Of a DNA stretch of 64,000 nucleotides, positions 49,103 through 58,984 are shown in pieces. The notes under the pieces were generated by a model. It ran no database searches, was not told the origin of the DNA, and saw only the letters and a list, made by a program, of their open reading frames with translations. The first letter of the stretch is position 1; every line of letters begins with the position of its first letter. The position numbers were made by a program, and so were the translations under genes. The stretch is from Coprothermobacterota bacterium (lineage in GTDB: Bacteria; Coprothermobacterota; Coprothermobacteria; Coprothermobacterales; Coprothermobacteraceae): contig JAZIGN010000003.1 in assembly GCA_036679065.1 (NCBI GenBank), positions 416,001 through 480,000 on the forward strand, written 5' to 3'.

Positions 49103-49990
49103 ATGAGAAAAATAAGGCTATTCTACAGCTTTCTTTGGCTGGTGTTTATTCTACTAAGTGCATATGTTTTCACGTTTTTCCCCGGAACCAAGACAATTCC
49201 AAACAAGTTGGGGCCATTTCAGCTATATGCAATCATGATAACGATGGGAGCCATATTCGCTTACTTAGCGGCATTGCTTCTTGGCCCAGTGAAGGGTATA
49301 GAGGAAGAGCTCATCGACAAATTTGCTTTAGTTGCCATACCTTTTGGCTTAGTGGGAGCGCGGCTTGGATTTGTCTTGCAAAACGCTGAATACTACCAAA
49401 ATCATCCGTTAGAAGTTATTGGAATAACTCCAGATGGTTTTGGCCTTTCGGGACTATCCATACATGGAGTCATTGTTGCTGGTGTCCTTTGTTTGCTGCT
49501 TTTCTATGGATGGGTTGGTCTTAGAACACTGGATTTAGGCGACTTAGGTGCTACTATACTGCTTATTGGTCAAGCTTTTGGTCGCTTCGGGAATTTCTTT
49601 AACCAGGAACTTTACGGTTACCCTACCAGTGTGCCCTGGAAAATGTTCATCGACCCAGCACACCGATTGGCTGGATATTATGATCAAGCTTTCTATCATC
49701 CCACGTTTTTCTACGAGGGGTTCTTGTGCTTGCTGGGGGCGACCATTCTTGCATACAGGTTCTTACATAAAAGAAGGTTCAGGGGTCAAATTGTTTTGGA
49801 ATACCTCATGCTTTACAGTTTAATAAGGTTTGTTGTGGAGTTTTTCCGTATAGAGCCCCCATCATTGTGGGGGCTCCATACGGCACAGCTGCTGTCGCTG
49901 GTTATTATAGTCCTTTGTGGAATTATGTACGTACTGACTCTGAGATTTGGACAAAAACTCTTCGTTGGCGAGGCCCGTCAAACTCCATAA
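49103..49990 (+). CDS. lgt: Prolipoprotein diacylglyceryl transferase
   Basis: GARL, GLSIHG, GRFGNFFNQELYG, HPTFFYE, RFVVEFFR. Confidence 0.95.
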   Translation: MRKIRLFYSFLWLVFILLSAYVFTFFPGTKTIPNKLGPFQLYAIMITMGAIFAYLAALLLGPVKGIEEELIDKFALVAIPFGLVGARLGFVLQNAEYYQNHPLEVIGITPDGFGLSGLSIHGVIVAGVLCLLLFYGWVGLRTLDLGDLGATILLIGQAFGRFGNFFNQELYGYPTSVPWKMFIDPAHRLAGYYDQAFYHPTFFYEGFLCLLGATILAYRFLHKRRFRGQIVLEYLMLYSLIRFVVEFFRIEPPSLWGLHTAQLLSLVIIVLCGIMYVLTLRFGQKLFVGEARQTP

Positions 49991-50324
49991 AGAAGATGCC
50001 CTGCCAAGTTCCTAATGAAAGTTTGCCTTGGTGAATAGGCACAGTTATCGATGAACCTACTACTGAGCACAAAAAGTGGGCATCGGAGTTCCCTTCCAAA
50101 TGTGTCCATTCCATTCCAGCTGTCAGCTTGACCAAAGCATTCATGATGTCATGGATGACCGATGGGTCTGCATGCTCATTTATGGTGATCCCTGCTGTGG
50201 TGTGGGGCACGTAGACCACACAGATGCCTTCACTCACGCCAGAATTATGGACCACATCTTCTATGTCCCGAGTTATGTCAACTGCTGCACGCCTAGAAGG
50301 TGTTCTCACTGACAGCTCAATCAT
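49923..50324 (-). CDS. yjbQ: YjbQ/UPF0047 family protein
   Basis: HTTAGITINE, H.EGNSDAH, LGTWQGI..EFDGPR. Confidence 0.92.
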   Translation of the reverse strand: MIELSVRTPSRRAAVDITRDIEDVVHNSGVSEGICVVYVPHTTAGITINEHADPSVIHDIMNALVKLTAGMEWTHLEGNSDAHFLCSVVGSSITVPIHQGKLSLGTWQGIFFMEFDGPRQRRVFVQISESVRT

Positions 50325-50739
50325 GGCGTATCTCCCAGCGAATTTCTTTTTCAATATCAGGTCTTAAAGTTGCTGATACGCCGCAGTATTTTTGCTGAGA
50401 AAGTTCAATGGCTTTTTTCAGGTTATCCTCATTTACATTTCCGTATGCTACATAGGTCAATATGATCTTCTTTATGTATTTTGGGTGTTCTTCAGCGGTT
50501 TCTCCTTCCACATTCACTACCAGTTTTTCTAAAGGTTCTTGCATTTTCTTTAAAATGGAAATCACGTCCATAGCGGTGCAACCTGCTAATGCAGCTAGTA
50601 GCATTTCTTTAGGTCTTGGCCCCTGCTCCAGTCCACCGTTGTCCTTGGGGCTGTCCATAACAAAGGCAAATCCACTCCCTGTGCGTGCTAAAAGCTGCAT
50701 TCCTTCGACTTCATGGACTTCCACTTTTAACGTACCCAT
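50317..50739 (-). CDS. OsmC-family protein
   Basis: GPRPKEMLLAALAGC, KYCGVS. Confidence 0.92.
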   Translation of the reverse strand: MGTLKVEVHEVEGMQLLARTGSGFAFVMDSPKDNGGLEQGPRPKEMLLAALAGCTAMDVISILKKMQEPLEKLVVNVEGETAEEHPKYIKKIILTYVAYGNVNEDNLKKAIELSQQKYCGVSATLRPDIEKEIRWEIRHD

Positions 50740-50782
50740 GCAGACTTACACCTCCTTTAACTTATCCATACCGCAAAAGCTC

Positions 50783-53002
50783 TTACTCTATGCTGGCAAG
50801 CAAGCTCTCTATGGATTTTTGAATACTTGCCATTTGGTCACGCATCTTGACCAACTCTTCGTTTGTTGTAATAGCAAGGACTTCTTGAGCATGTTTTATG
50901 TGCTCTAGAGCTGTGTTTAAATCCGTGCGTGCAGCATCTTTGTTCCCTTGCGCTAAGTAAAGTTGTGCTCGGTTTGACAGAAGAATGGCTAGATTCATGC
51001 GTGCTGAATAGAACTGATGATCCCAGTTTACAGCTTTCTCAAAATACTCAATGGACTTATCTAACCCACCCACTTTTGCGTAGACGTTTGCCATAGTTGC
51101 ATACAAGTTTTCAGGTGCCCAGGTAGTGGACTCATACTGCTGAGCCTTCGCTATGGCTGTGGCTACCACGTTATTTGCTTCATCTGGACTAGCGGTTTGT
51201 GTTAGATCCCAATAGTAAGAAGCAGCCCTAAGATAGTTTATGGCATAGTAGGACTCGTTTGGGTTATAAGCCATAGCTTTATCAAGAAAATATAGAGAGC
51301 TTGCAATGACCTGTGGCTTTTGTTCGTCAGTTAAAGAAGCCTGGTTGGATTCATAATACCGCATGTTCCCCAAACCGCTTCTAAAATACGACTCGGCTTT
51401 CCATGCGTTGAAGTAATAGTAACCGTTGTAAAGTGAAAGTCCCAGCAAAAGAGCCCAAGCTACCAAAGTGGTCGGTTTTACCCATGGTTTTGTCTGTTTG
51501 ATTTCCTCAGTTGGCCTGACATAGATGTTGTAAGAAGCCATAATCAGACCGAGTAAAGCGTAGAACATCATCAAGGAAGGTAGCATGTCAAAAATGGTTA
51601 CCAGGTTCGTAGCGTATGCCACCAAGGCGGCAGCTATGCCAATAATAAGCATCTTTTCTTTTTTGGGCTCAGCCACTCTAAGTGTTTTATAAAGCATTCC
51701 CGCTGCTGCTATGAAGATCCATGCATAGAAGACAAAACCTATAATGCCCACTTTTGCAAGCACGCCTAAAAAGTTGTTATGCGGGTCGTCGTAGTTAACG
51801 TTTGGTTCCAGTTGTGAAAGCTCTAAGGGTTTGTACGGCATAAACCCTCGCCTGAAACTTTCAATACCGATACCAAATAGCCTTCCGTCAAGAGTATTCT
51901 CAACAGAAAAACCAATAGTGTGTTTCCACAAAACCAAACGTGTGCCAACTGTGGAACCGAGTTTCTCAGCTATGGTTACAGGTGGTAGAGAATAGATTTC
52001 GTAAACTCCAAATATGCCGACGGCTAACACAACTACAACTAATATGGTGCTAAAGCGCCACAGTTTTGCACGCTCGCGTTTATCTAAGAAAACCAAGTTT
52101 ATAAAAGCCCACAACGTTAACCCAACACCTATGCCCAAGACAGCTGAAAGCAAATCTGTCATGCGGTTTGCTGGGAAAACCAGCAGCGTAAGAACAAAGA
52201 GTGCTAATGAAACGCCTAAAGCAGCGTACAGCCATTTCTCATTTTTCTTCTTGTCGTCACCTGTAAAGAACGTATGGAAGGTAAGGAAACCCATGGTTAG
52301 ACCTCCGAAAGCACCCATGACACCACCTTGAGCTGTAACCATGAGACTGAAAAACTGCAGTGCAAAGCTGGTTAGCCATATCCAGGTGTTGTCACTACCA
52401 AGATCGCTTAGTAGCCTTCCGAATGTGAGAAACGTTGTGATCACCATTACGGGGCCAAAAAAGTCAGGGTTACCCATAAATCCGAATGCTTCTGTGCCGT
52501 AACCCGAAGTAAATCCTAGTGGGTCGAAGCCGAAAAACTGCGATATACCTACTAGGGCATTAACTGTTCCAAAGACAATTAGGGTGTCCACAACGATGTT
52601 AAGTAGATTCTTCCTGTCTACAACGCCAGCCAATATGAACGCTAGCGATATGGCTTGTAGTTGTACAATGAGTCCGATTTGCCGCTCGTAAACGCCCAAA
52701 AACGATATTACAGGTGTTATGGAAAATATCGTGGAGAATACTAGGGACAGAGCATAGCCGATGATGGGGATAAGCAACGGGGTTTTAAGCCATTTTTGGT
52801 CTTTCCACAAACTCAGGAAAAGTATCCACGAGCCCAATACAAGCCAAAGCCATGTAAAAACAGCAGATTTCGTCAAATCAAAGGCTCTGGTCACTGCACG
52901 AGAGTAGAAAACAAGTGGAAAAACAAGAAGAATCAAACTCAGGGTCACAAGAAGTACAGGTGTTGGACCTTCAGAAGTGCGGCGCTGACTTTTTTTTGCC
53001 AT
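50783..53002 (-). CDS. O-antigen ligase-like membrane protein with C-terminal TPR region
   Basis: Many TM helices, GNPDF, R..LW, GIG, PHNNFL; TPR-like helices at the C-terminus. Confidence 0.8.
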   Translation of the reverse strand: MAKKSQRRTSEGPTPVLLVTLSLILLVFPLVFYSRAVTRAFDLTKSAVFTWLWLVLGSWILFLSLWKDQKWLKTPLLIPIIGYALSLVFSTIFSITPVISFLGVYERQIGLIVQLQAISLAFILAGVVDRKNLLNIVVDTLIVFGTVNALVGISQFFGFDPLGFTSGYGTEAFGFMGNPDFFGPVMVITTFLTFGRLLSDLGSDNTWIWLTSFALQFFSLMVTAQGGVMGAFGGLTMGFLTFHTFFTGDDKKKNEKWLYAALGVSLALFVLTLLVFPANRMTDLLSAVLGIGVGLTLWAFINLVFLDKRERAKLWRFSTILVVVVLAVGIFGVYEIYSLPPVTIAEKLGSTVGTRLVLWKHTIGFSVENTLDGRLFGIGIESFRRGFMPYKPLELSQLEPNVNYDDPHNNFLGVLAKVGIIGFVFYAWIFIAAAGMLYKTLRVAEPKKEKMLIIGIAAALVAYATNLVTIFDMLPSLMMFYALLGLIMASYNIYVRPTEEIKQTKPWVKPTTLVAWALLLGLSLYNGYYYFNAWKAESYFRSGLGNMRYYESNQASLTDEQKPQVIASSLYFLDKAMAYNPNESYYAINYLRAASYYWDLTQTASPDEANNVVATAIAKAQQYESTTWAPENLYATMANVYAKVGGLDKSIEYFEKAVNWDHQFYSARMNLAILLSNRAQLYLAQGNKDAARTDLNTALEHIKHAQEVLAITTNEELVKMRDQMASIQKSIESLLASIE

Positions 53003-53755
53003 TTAATTTGCCTCCTTTTCTATGAGTTCCAGTGTTTTTAAGTAGTGTTCTTCTTTGTCAATGTCGAACCCAAATTCCGGGCGAGAGGTAAACACAGGGT
53101 ACGCTTTAACATGAAAACGACTCTCAATCATTTTCCAGATGTAGGGTACATCCAGAGTACCAGTCACTGCTTTAAATATTGTCCCGAGCCCCAAAATGGT
53201 TGCCACCTTTAGAGGGCTTTTGCGGTTTCCCAACAAATCATCTGCTCTTTTCACTTCTCTCATAAAAAAGTCTTTTCTAATGAGAACCCCATTGGCCAGT
53301 TTAAAGTAGCCTTCTTTTAGTTTCACGTAGGTACGAGGAGCTCCAGGAAATGCTTGTTCGATACTCTCTTTGGGTACAATGAGCACATAGATGTCGCGCT
53401 CTCCCCCCTCCTGAGCTTCTTTTATGAGCTGTTTAATGCTTTCTGCTGTAACAAAAGGCATGTCAGCTGACAGAACGAGCAGGAATTCTGTGTCAAGTTC
53501 TTGAGCCGCATTTGTCAAAGTTTCGGCAATGTTGGATGTGGCATCAACATGTGGTTCTAAATGGTACTTTTCTGCTAACCATGAATCCGTAGCAATAACG
53601 CAAGGAAGGTTTGTCTCTTTGACACCGTTCCAAGTGTGAACAATTAAAGGCGTTTCATTCTCCACTGGCAGCTCCAATTTGGTTTGTACACCGTACTTTT
53701 CCACCCAATCCTCCTTGGATGAACCAGCTAACACTAATATGCCAATGTCCATCAT
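53003..53755 (-). CDS. MobA-like NTP transferase family protein
   Basis: LVLAG, SADMPF, RTYVKLKEG, DIDK; ATGA-coupled to ispE. Confidence 0.8.
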   Translation of the reverse strand: MMDIGILVLAGSSKEDWVEKYGVQTKLELPVENETPLIVHTWNGVKETNLPCVIATDSWLAEKYHLEPHVDATSNIAETLTNAAQELDTEFLLVLSADMPFVTAESIKQLIKEAQEGGERDIYVLIVPKESIEQAFPGAPRTYVKLKEGYFKLANGVLIRKDFFMREVKRADDLLGNRKSPLKVATILGLGTIFKAVTGTLDVPYIWKMIESRFHVKAYPVFTSRPEFGFDIDKEEHYLKTLELIEKEAN

Positions 53756-54492
53756 TTTGGCGACCACCTTTCTATTAAGAATATTCTAAAGGGTAAATCA
53801 GGATACTTCCTTACCTTCGCCAAAGGTGCAAAGAATGCAGAGCCGGAACCCGTCATGATAAAGGGCCCGAAGGACATTAAATGCTCACGCAAATCCCTTA
53901 AAGTTGCATCCAAATAATGTTCAAACACATTGCCAAAGCAGCTTTCGAAAGTATCTTTGTCACCCTCTTTTAAAGCTCTCAAAGCTTGTTCTGTATAATC
54001 AGTTGTTACTGGATTAGCATCCCACCTACGGTACAACTCTTTAGTTTCAGCAAGGAAAGGTGGAAACACGACCAGAAGCTCTAAAGGAAAAGGTAATTCC
54101 AAAGGTTTTATATTTGTTTGGTCTCCTTCTACCAAAGCTAGCTTACTGCTGTCTAGCAGAAAGTAAGCATCACGGCTGGAGGGCCTTACCCCAGTGTATG
54201 ATGCAATCAATGCATCATCTGCTGCTGAGCCTCCGAGACCATAACCTGTGGGTATGGACTGGAAGATGTACGCAGAACAAGGTTTTCTTAAATAGGTTTT
54301 ATAGGCTTTTGAGTTTGTGTAAGGTATATCAAGCTTTTCTATGCGAAAAAGTCCAGGATCCCTCCAGAAAAGCCCCTTAGTTTCTACGGGTATTTTTAAG
54401 AATAAGGATCTTATAAGATGCACTTCTCCCTGTGTTCCGATTATATCCAAGGTCAAATTGACTTTCCCTCTTATTTTTCTAAGCTCCGGCAT
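53752..54492 (-). CDS. ispE: GHMP kinase, divergent IspE-like
   Basis: GKVNLTLDI, IPTGYGLGGSAAD, NVFE, MTGSGS. Confidence 0.75.
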   Translation of the reverse strand: MPELRKIRGKVNLTLDIIGTQGEVHLIRSLFLKIPVETKGLFWRDPGLFRIEKLDIPYTNSKAYKTYLRKPCSAYIFQSIPTGYGLGGSAADDALIASYTGVRPSSRDAYFLLDSSKLALVEGDQTNIKPLELPFPLELLVVFPPFLAETKELYRRWDANPVTTDYTEQALRALKEGDKDTFESCFGNVFEHYLDATLRDLREHLMSFGPFIMTGSGSAFFAPLAKVRKYPDLPFRIFLIERWSPK

Positions 54493-54622
54493 TTTGTTCT
54501 CCCTCAAGAAAACAGCGCGTTTCTCATGAAAGCTTCATTGCCTATTAGTACATTCTCTACTGAACAGGTTTTGTTAGCAATGTCTTGATAATGCTATTAT
54601 ACATACATGGGAGGTGCAAACC

Positions 54623-55993
54623 TTGACTATCGACGAGGTAATGAAATGCATCAAGGATGAGGGAATTTCTCAGGTTGATCTGAAGACTACTGACATTTGG
54701 GGAAGATGGCGGCATGTGACTTTGGCCAGTACGTATTTTAGTGAAAAAACGTTTACCGAGGGTGTGGGGTTTGATGCCTCGAACCTGGGGTATGGAAATG
54801 TGGTCCAAAGTGACTTGCTCATGATTCCAGACCCCAGTACGGCCTTTATTGAGGAACGAGAAGGGCAAAGACTTATCTCCATGATATGTGATGTTTACAG
54901 CGTTGATAATGGAAAACCCAGCCCGCTGGATCCCAGAGGGATCTTGCGTAAAGCGGTTAGTTCTATTTCAGACGTTGCTGAAAACGTCATGTTGGCACCC
55001 GAGTATGAGTTCCATGTATTCAACAGCGTGGCTTTTAACTTGGCACCTAACGAAGTGTTCTATGGTGTAGACGGTGAAGAGGGTTTCTGGAACGAAGGTG
55101 TAACTGGAGAATACATTATTGGTAAGAAAGGTGGCTATCACCAAGTTACACCATTTGACACTTTGGCTACCCTGCGGGGAGCCATTGTGGAGAGGTTAAT
55201 GAGCTTAGGAGTACCAGTGAAATATCACCATCATGAGGTGGGCACGTGTCAGGTGGAAATAGAACTGGATTTTTGCGATGCTTTGAAAGCTGCTGACTAT
55301 ACCATGCTTATCAAGTATGTGGCAAGAAACGTGGCAAAAAGGATGGGTTACGTGGTCAGTTTTATGCCAAAACCACTGTACGACGAAGCTGGAAATGGTA
55401 TGCACGTGCACCAGTACCTTGTCAAAAATAGTGTGAACATTTTTAGTGGTCAGGAGCTATTTGGATTGTCCAGCACGGCACTTTCGTACATTGCTGGTGT
55501 CCTCACTCATGGCAAGTCTTTAATGGCTTTTACAAACCCTACTACAAACTCATATCGAAGACTTACTCCAGGTTTTGAGGCACCCACTACAGCTGTCTTT
55601 GGGTTGGGTAACCGAACTGCGGCTGTGAGGATTCCAGCTTATGTGAAAGATCCTTCAAAGGTAAGAATCGAGTTTAGAACCATCGATGCGACTACAAATC
55701 CGTATCTGGGATTTGCTGCCATGGTTTTGGCTGGTGTGGACGGAATACGTCGTGGGCTTGATCCCGTATCTTTGGGTTATGGCCCAGTTGAGGACTCTGC
55801 AGAAGGTAGGGGAGAACAGCTAGCTACGTCTTTAAGTGAGGCATGTGATGCATTGCTTAAAGATAACGGTTACCTAAGTGGTGTATTCCCTGAAGCACTC
55901 ATTGAAAGGTGGACCCAGAAGAAGCTTCAGGAAGAGCGAGAAGTAAATCGTGTCCCAAATGCCTTGGAATTCAAGCTGTATTTTGACGTTTGA
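54623..55993 (+). CDS. glnA: Glutamine synthetase type I
   Basis: FDAS, EYEF, HHHEV, FMPKP, GNGMHVH, NSYRRLTPGFEAP, RIEFR; TTG start after GGGAGG. Confidence 0.95.
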   Translation: MTIDEVMKCIKDEGISQVDLKTTDIWGRWRHVTLASTYFSEKTFTEGVGFDASNLGYGNVVQSDLLMIPDPSTAFIEEREGQRLISMICDVYSVDNGKPSPLDPRGILRKAVSSISDVAENVMLAPEYEFHVFNSVAFNLAPNEVFYGVDGEEGFWNEGVTGEYIIGKKGGYHQVTPFDTLATLRGAIVERLMSLGVPVKYHHHEVGTCQVEIELDFCDALKAADYTMLIKYVARNVAKRMGYVVSFMPKPLYDEAGNGMHVHQYLVKNSVNIFSGQELFGLSSTALSYIAGVLTHGKSLMAFTNPTTNSYRRLTPGFEAPTTAVFGLGNRTAAVRIPAYVKDPSKVRIEFRTIDATTNPYLGFAAMVLAGVDGIRRGLDPVSLGYGPVEDSAEGRGEQLATSLSEACDALLKDNGYLSGVFPEALIERWTQKKLQEEREVNRVPNALEFKLYFDV

Positions 55994-56810
55994 CCAAAGT
56001 AGCCCATCTAACATATTGTTCTACTGTAATTTGTTCTGGCCGGAGGCTGGTATCAATACCAGCCTCTTCTGCTTTTTTTAGTAATAAAGGTTCTTTCTTT
56101 AATCCGCTTCTTAACATTTTCCTGCGCTGCTGGAATGCTCTCTTTACTACGTGTTCCAACACTTCAGGATCAACGACTTCCTCATATCCGTAGATTCCTT
56201 CTAGTTTGACTACCACTGAGTCAACTTCAGGTGCTGGATAAAAACAATTTTTAGTGACATGGAACAACATTTCAGGCTTGGTAAAACTCTGTACAAACAC
56301 ACTTAAGGCTCCATAGGTTTTTGATCCAGGATTTGCTACCATGCGTGCGCCCAGTTCTTTCTGAACCATGAATACCATGGTTTTGGGCTTCATTTGAAAG
56401 AATACTTTCTCCAATATGGGTGTTGTTATGTAGTAAGGTAGATTACCAACTACTGTGGGAATCTCTGTCGGCCGAGGTATCCACTTTAAGAAGTCTTCAT
56501 AAACAAAAACCACATTTGGAAAATCAGCTGTGATCATGTTGTGCAGTGCTTTCAGACGCTGATCAATCTCAATAGCTATGACGTTCTTGTAGTGTGAAGC
56601 AAGTCTTACTGTGAGCATGCCAGTGCCTGCGCCTATTTCCACAGCCACATCGTCATGTCCAGCTGCAGCAACGATCTTGTCTGCTACGTGATCGCAGATC
56701 AAGAAAGACTGACCCAATGTTTTCTTAGGGCTAATGGAAAACTGTTTAAGAAGTTGAGGAATGTCTAATCCTTGCCAAGGACGTAAACTTTTACCACTCT
56801 GCGGCCCCAC
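55971..56810 (-). CDS. rsmA: 16S rRNA adenine dimethyltransferase RsmA/KsgA (start uncertain)
   Basis: PKKTLGQSF, EIGAGTG, GNLPYYIT, FQQRRK. Confidence 0.93.
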   Translation of the reverse strand: MGPQSGKSLRPWQGLDIPQLLKQFSISPKKTLGQSFLICDHVADKIVAAAGHDDVAVEIGAGTGMLTVRLASHYKNVIAIEIDQRLKALHNMITADFPNVVFVYEDFLKWIPRPTEIPTVVGNLPYYITTPILEKVFFQMKPKTMVFMVQKELGARMVANPGSKTYGALSVFVQSFTKPEMLFHVTKNCFYPAPEVDSVVVKLEGIYGYEEVVDPEVLEHVVKRAFQQRRKMLRSGLKKEPLLLKKAEEAGIDTSLRPEQITVEQYVRWATLVKRQNTA

Positions 56811-57514
56811 TGGTAGCATTCCTTCACAGTGTTAAAGTACACATCTATTCTGTTTCCCTTTATCTTGCCACCTACATCTTCTGCCACAGCATAACCGTAG
56901 CCTTCAATGTAAAGTTTTGTACCTAAAGGGATTACCTTTGGATCTACGGCAACTACTCCGTAGCGCACACGGGTTCCCATGGCGGTACGGGTGCCAATGC
57001 CTGGTTCTTCAGCGCTGTACGCGGTAGCTACCATGAGTATTTCTTGCGCTTCACCTCTGTAAGTTCCTTGTCCCAGTGCTACCACCTTATCTCTTCCTTG
57101 CTGCACGATCTGCTCTTTAATCAGTTTGCGTTCCACAACTTTGCCATCTACTTTTTTAATCTGCCAAGTTTGTTGTTTTATTGTGGGAGCGCCAGAGCTT
57201 AGAACAGCACTTCTACCGCGAGCTACCGTGTTGGATGGCTGTACTATGACTTTTGGGGGAATGTAAACGTAGTTCACATTTGTAGTAACCTCAACGCTTT
57301 GCACTAGCAGTACATTGCCTTGCTTCTTAACTTCAAAATTACTGCCTGTGGCACTTATGACTTTAAGAATATTTTTGTCCGAATAAGGAGTGGTAAGCTT
57401 TAAGGTCTTGCCTTGCATTTTTACCGTTTGGGTGGGCATAGGTAGCGTAGTAAAGCCCTTGGCAGGCACCAAGGTTAAAGAAAACAGTAGCAGGACGCAA
57501 GCAATAATCTTCAT
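56765..57514 (-). CDS. Secreted G5 + 3D-domain cell-wall protein
   Basis: Signal peptide; ATAY, VAVDPKVIPLG, AEDVGG.IKGNRIDV. Confidence 0.9.
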   Translation of the reverse strand: MKIIACVLLLFSLTLVPAKGFTTLPMPTQTVKMQGKTLKLTTPYSDKNILKVISATGSNFEVKKQGNVLLVQSVEVTTNVNYVYIPPKVIVQPSNTVARGRSAVLSSGAPTIKQQTWQIKKVDGKVVERKLIKEQIVQQGRDKVVALGQGTYRGEAQEILMVATAYSAEEPGIGTRTAMGTRVRYGVVAVDPKVIPLGTKLYIEGYGYAVAEDVGGKIKGNRIDVYFNTVKECYQWGRRVVKVYVLGKD

Positions 57515-57597
57515 AACCGATCCACCTCACAATTTGCAGGATTTAACTTGTCTAAGAAAATGTTATGCTACATTATAGCATATAGGGAGGTGGTACC

Positions 57598-58983
57598 TTG
57601 TTTGCTAAGGATGACTTGCAAAAGGTAGCCCAGGAGTTATCAGATATAACCCCTGATTTTTTTGACATTTTTATAGAGGAAAGAAGTAACAAGTCTTTGG
57701 TTCTAGAAAGCCAGAAGTTGGAAAGGCCATCTGCGGGCACTGTATTCGGTGCCAGTTTAAGGGTTATTGTCAACGGGGCGACTTATTTCTCCGTGGTAGA
57801 TAATCCGACGTTGGAGGGCATGTTTAATGCAGCGAGAGAACTTAAAAGTAGCGTGAAGCATACAGTTGCAGAACCGGGTAAAGTATTTACCATAAAGACT
57901 GTTGAGCCACCGTTAAAGAAAAATCCGTGGACACCATGGCAAGAACTTGGTGAAGTTGCCGATTATTTGAAAGCCACTGACGAATGTGCAAGAAGCTACG
58001 ATCCAAAGGTAGTTCAAGTTACTTCTTACATTAATCAAGAAGTTTCCCGTGTGCAAATACTAAACAGTTTGGGTAACTTTGCTGAGGAAGAGCGTAGTCG
58101 TACTAGGGCTTTTTGCCTTGTGTACGCCAGTGATGGAACTGCTGTGGAAGTTGGCTCTGACAATCAAGGCAAAATAGGGGGGTTAGAGCTACTCGCCCAT
58201 TATCCTCCTGAGTCCTTAGCGGCAAATGCTGCTAAGGTAGCTGTGTCTAAACTAAGCGCTGTTACTGCTCCCAGTGGGGAGTTTCCTGTCATATTGGGCC
58301 CCGGATTCGGTGGTGTCATATTCCACGAGGCTATTGGACACAGTCTAGAAGCTGACGGTATAAGAAAACAAGTTTCAGTCATGCGAGGAAAACTAGGTGA
58401 ACGCTTGGCAAGTCCTAAAGTAACACTGATTGATTCAGGTATAGTACCTGACGAATGGGGTTCCAATGCCTTCGACGATGAGGGATTTCCCAATCAGGAA
58501 ACTGTCTTAATAAAAGATGGCATTTTAGTCTCCTACATGAGTGACTACTTGGAGCACTTGCTTACCGGTTTTCCCCATACCGCTAACGGTCGTCGTGAAA
58601 GTTATGAATACATTCCTTACCCACGCATGAGGAACACTTTCATAAAACCTGGAAAAGACACATTCGAAGACATGCTTACTTCTATTAAGAAGGGCTTGCT
58701 CGCCTTGAAATTTGGTGGAGGTCAAGTGGACCCAGTTACTGGTAACTTCATCTTCGGTGTTACTGAAGGTTATCTTATTGAAGATGGCAAGGTTACATCA
58801 CCTATCAAGGATGTGAGCATGGTTGGCAACGGTTTAACCATATTGGAAAACATTGAGGCAGTGAGCGGTGAGGAAGACATGGATTTCATGCCAGGCATGT
58901 GCGGCAAGGAAGGGCAATCGGTTCCGGCTGGAATTGGAGAACCCTACGTTATGGTTTCTCGCATTCTCATAGGAGGTGAGTAG
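57598..58983 (+). CDS. tldD: TldD metalloprotease subunit
   Basis: FHEAIGHSLE, FDDEG, GRRE..PRMRNT, CGK. Confidence 0.93.
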   Translation: MFAKDDLQKVAQELSDITPDFFDIFIEERSNKSLVLESQKLERPSAGTVFGASLRVIVNGATYFSVVDNPTLEGMFNAARELKSSVKHTVAEPGKVFTIKTVEPPLKKNPWTPWQELGEVADYLKATDECARSYDPKVVQVTSYINQEVSRVQILNSLGNFAEEERSRTRAFCLVYASDGTAVEVGSDNQGKIGGLELLAHYPPESLAANAAKVAVSKLSAVTAPSGEFPVILGPGFGGVIFHEAIGHSLEADGIRKQVSVMRGKLGERLASPKVTLIDSGIVPDEWGSNAFDDEGFPNQETVLIKDGILVSYMSDYLEHLLTGFPHTANGRRESYEYIPYPRMRNTFIKPGKDTFEDMLTSIKKGLLALKFGGGQVDPVTGNFIFGVTEGYLIEDGKVTSPIKDVSMVGNGLTILENIEAVSGEEDMDFMPGMCGKEGQSVPAGIGEPYVMVSRILIGGE

Positions 58984-58984
58984 T

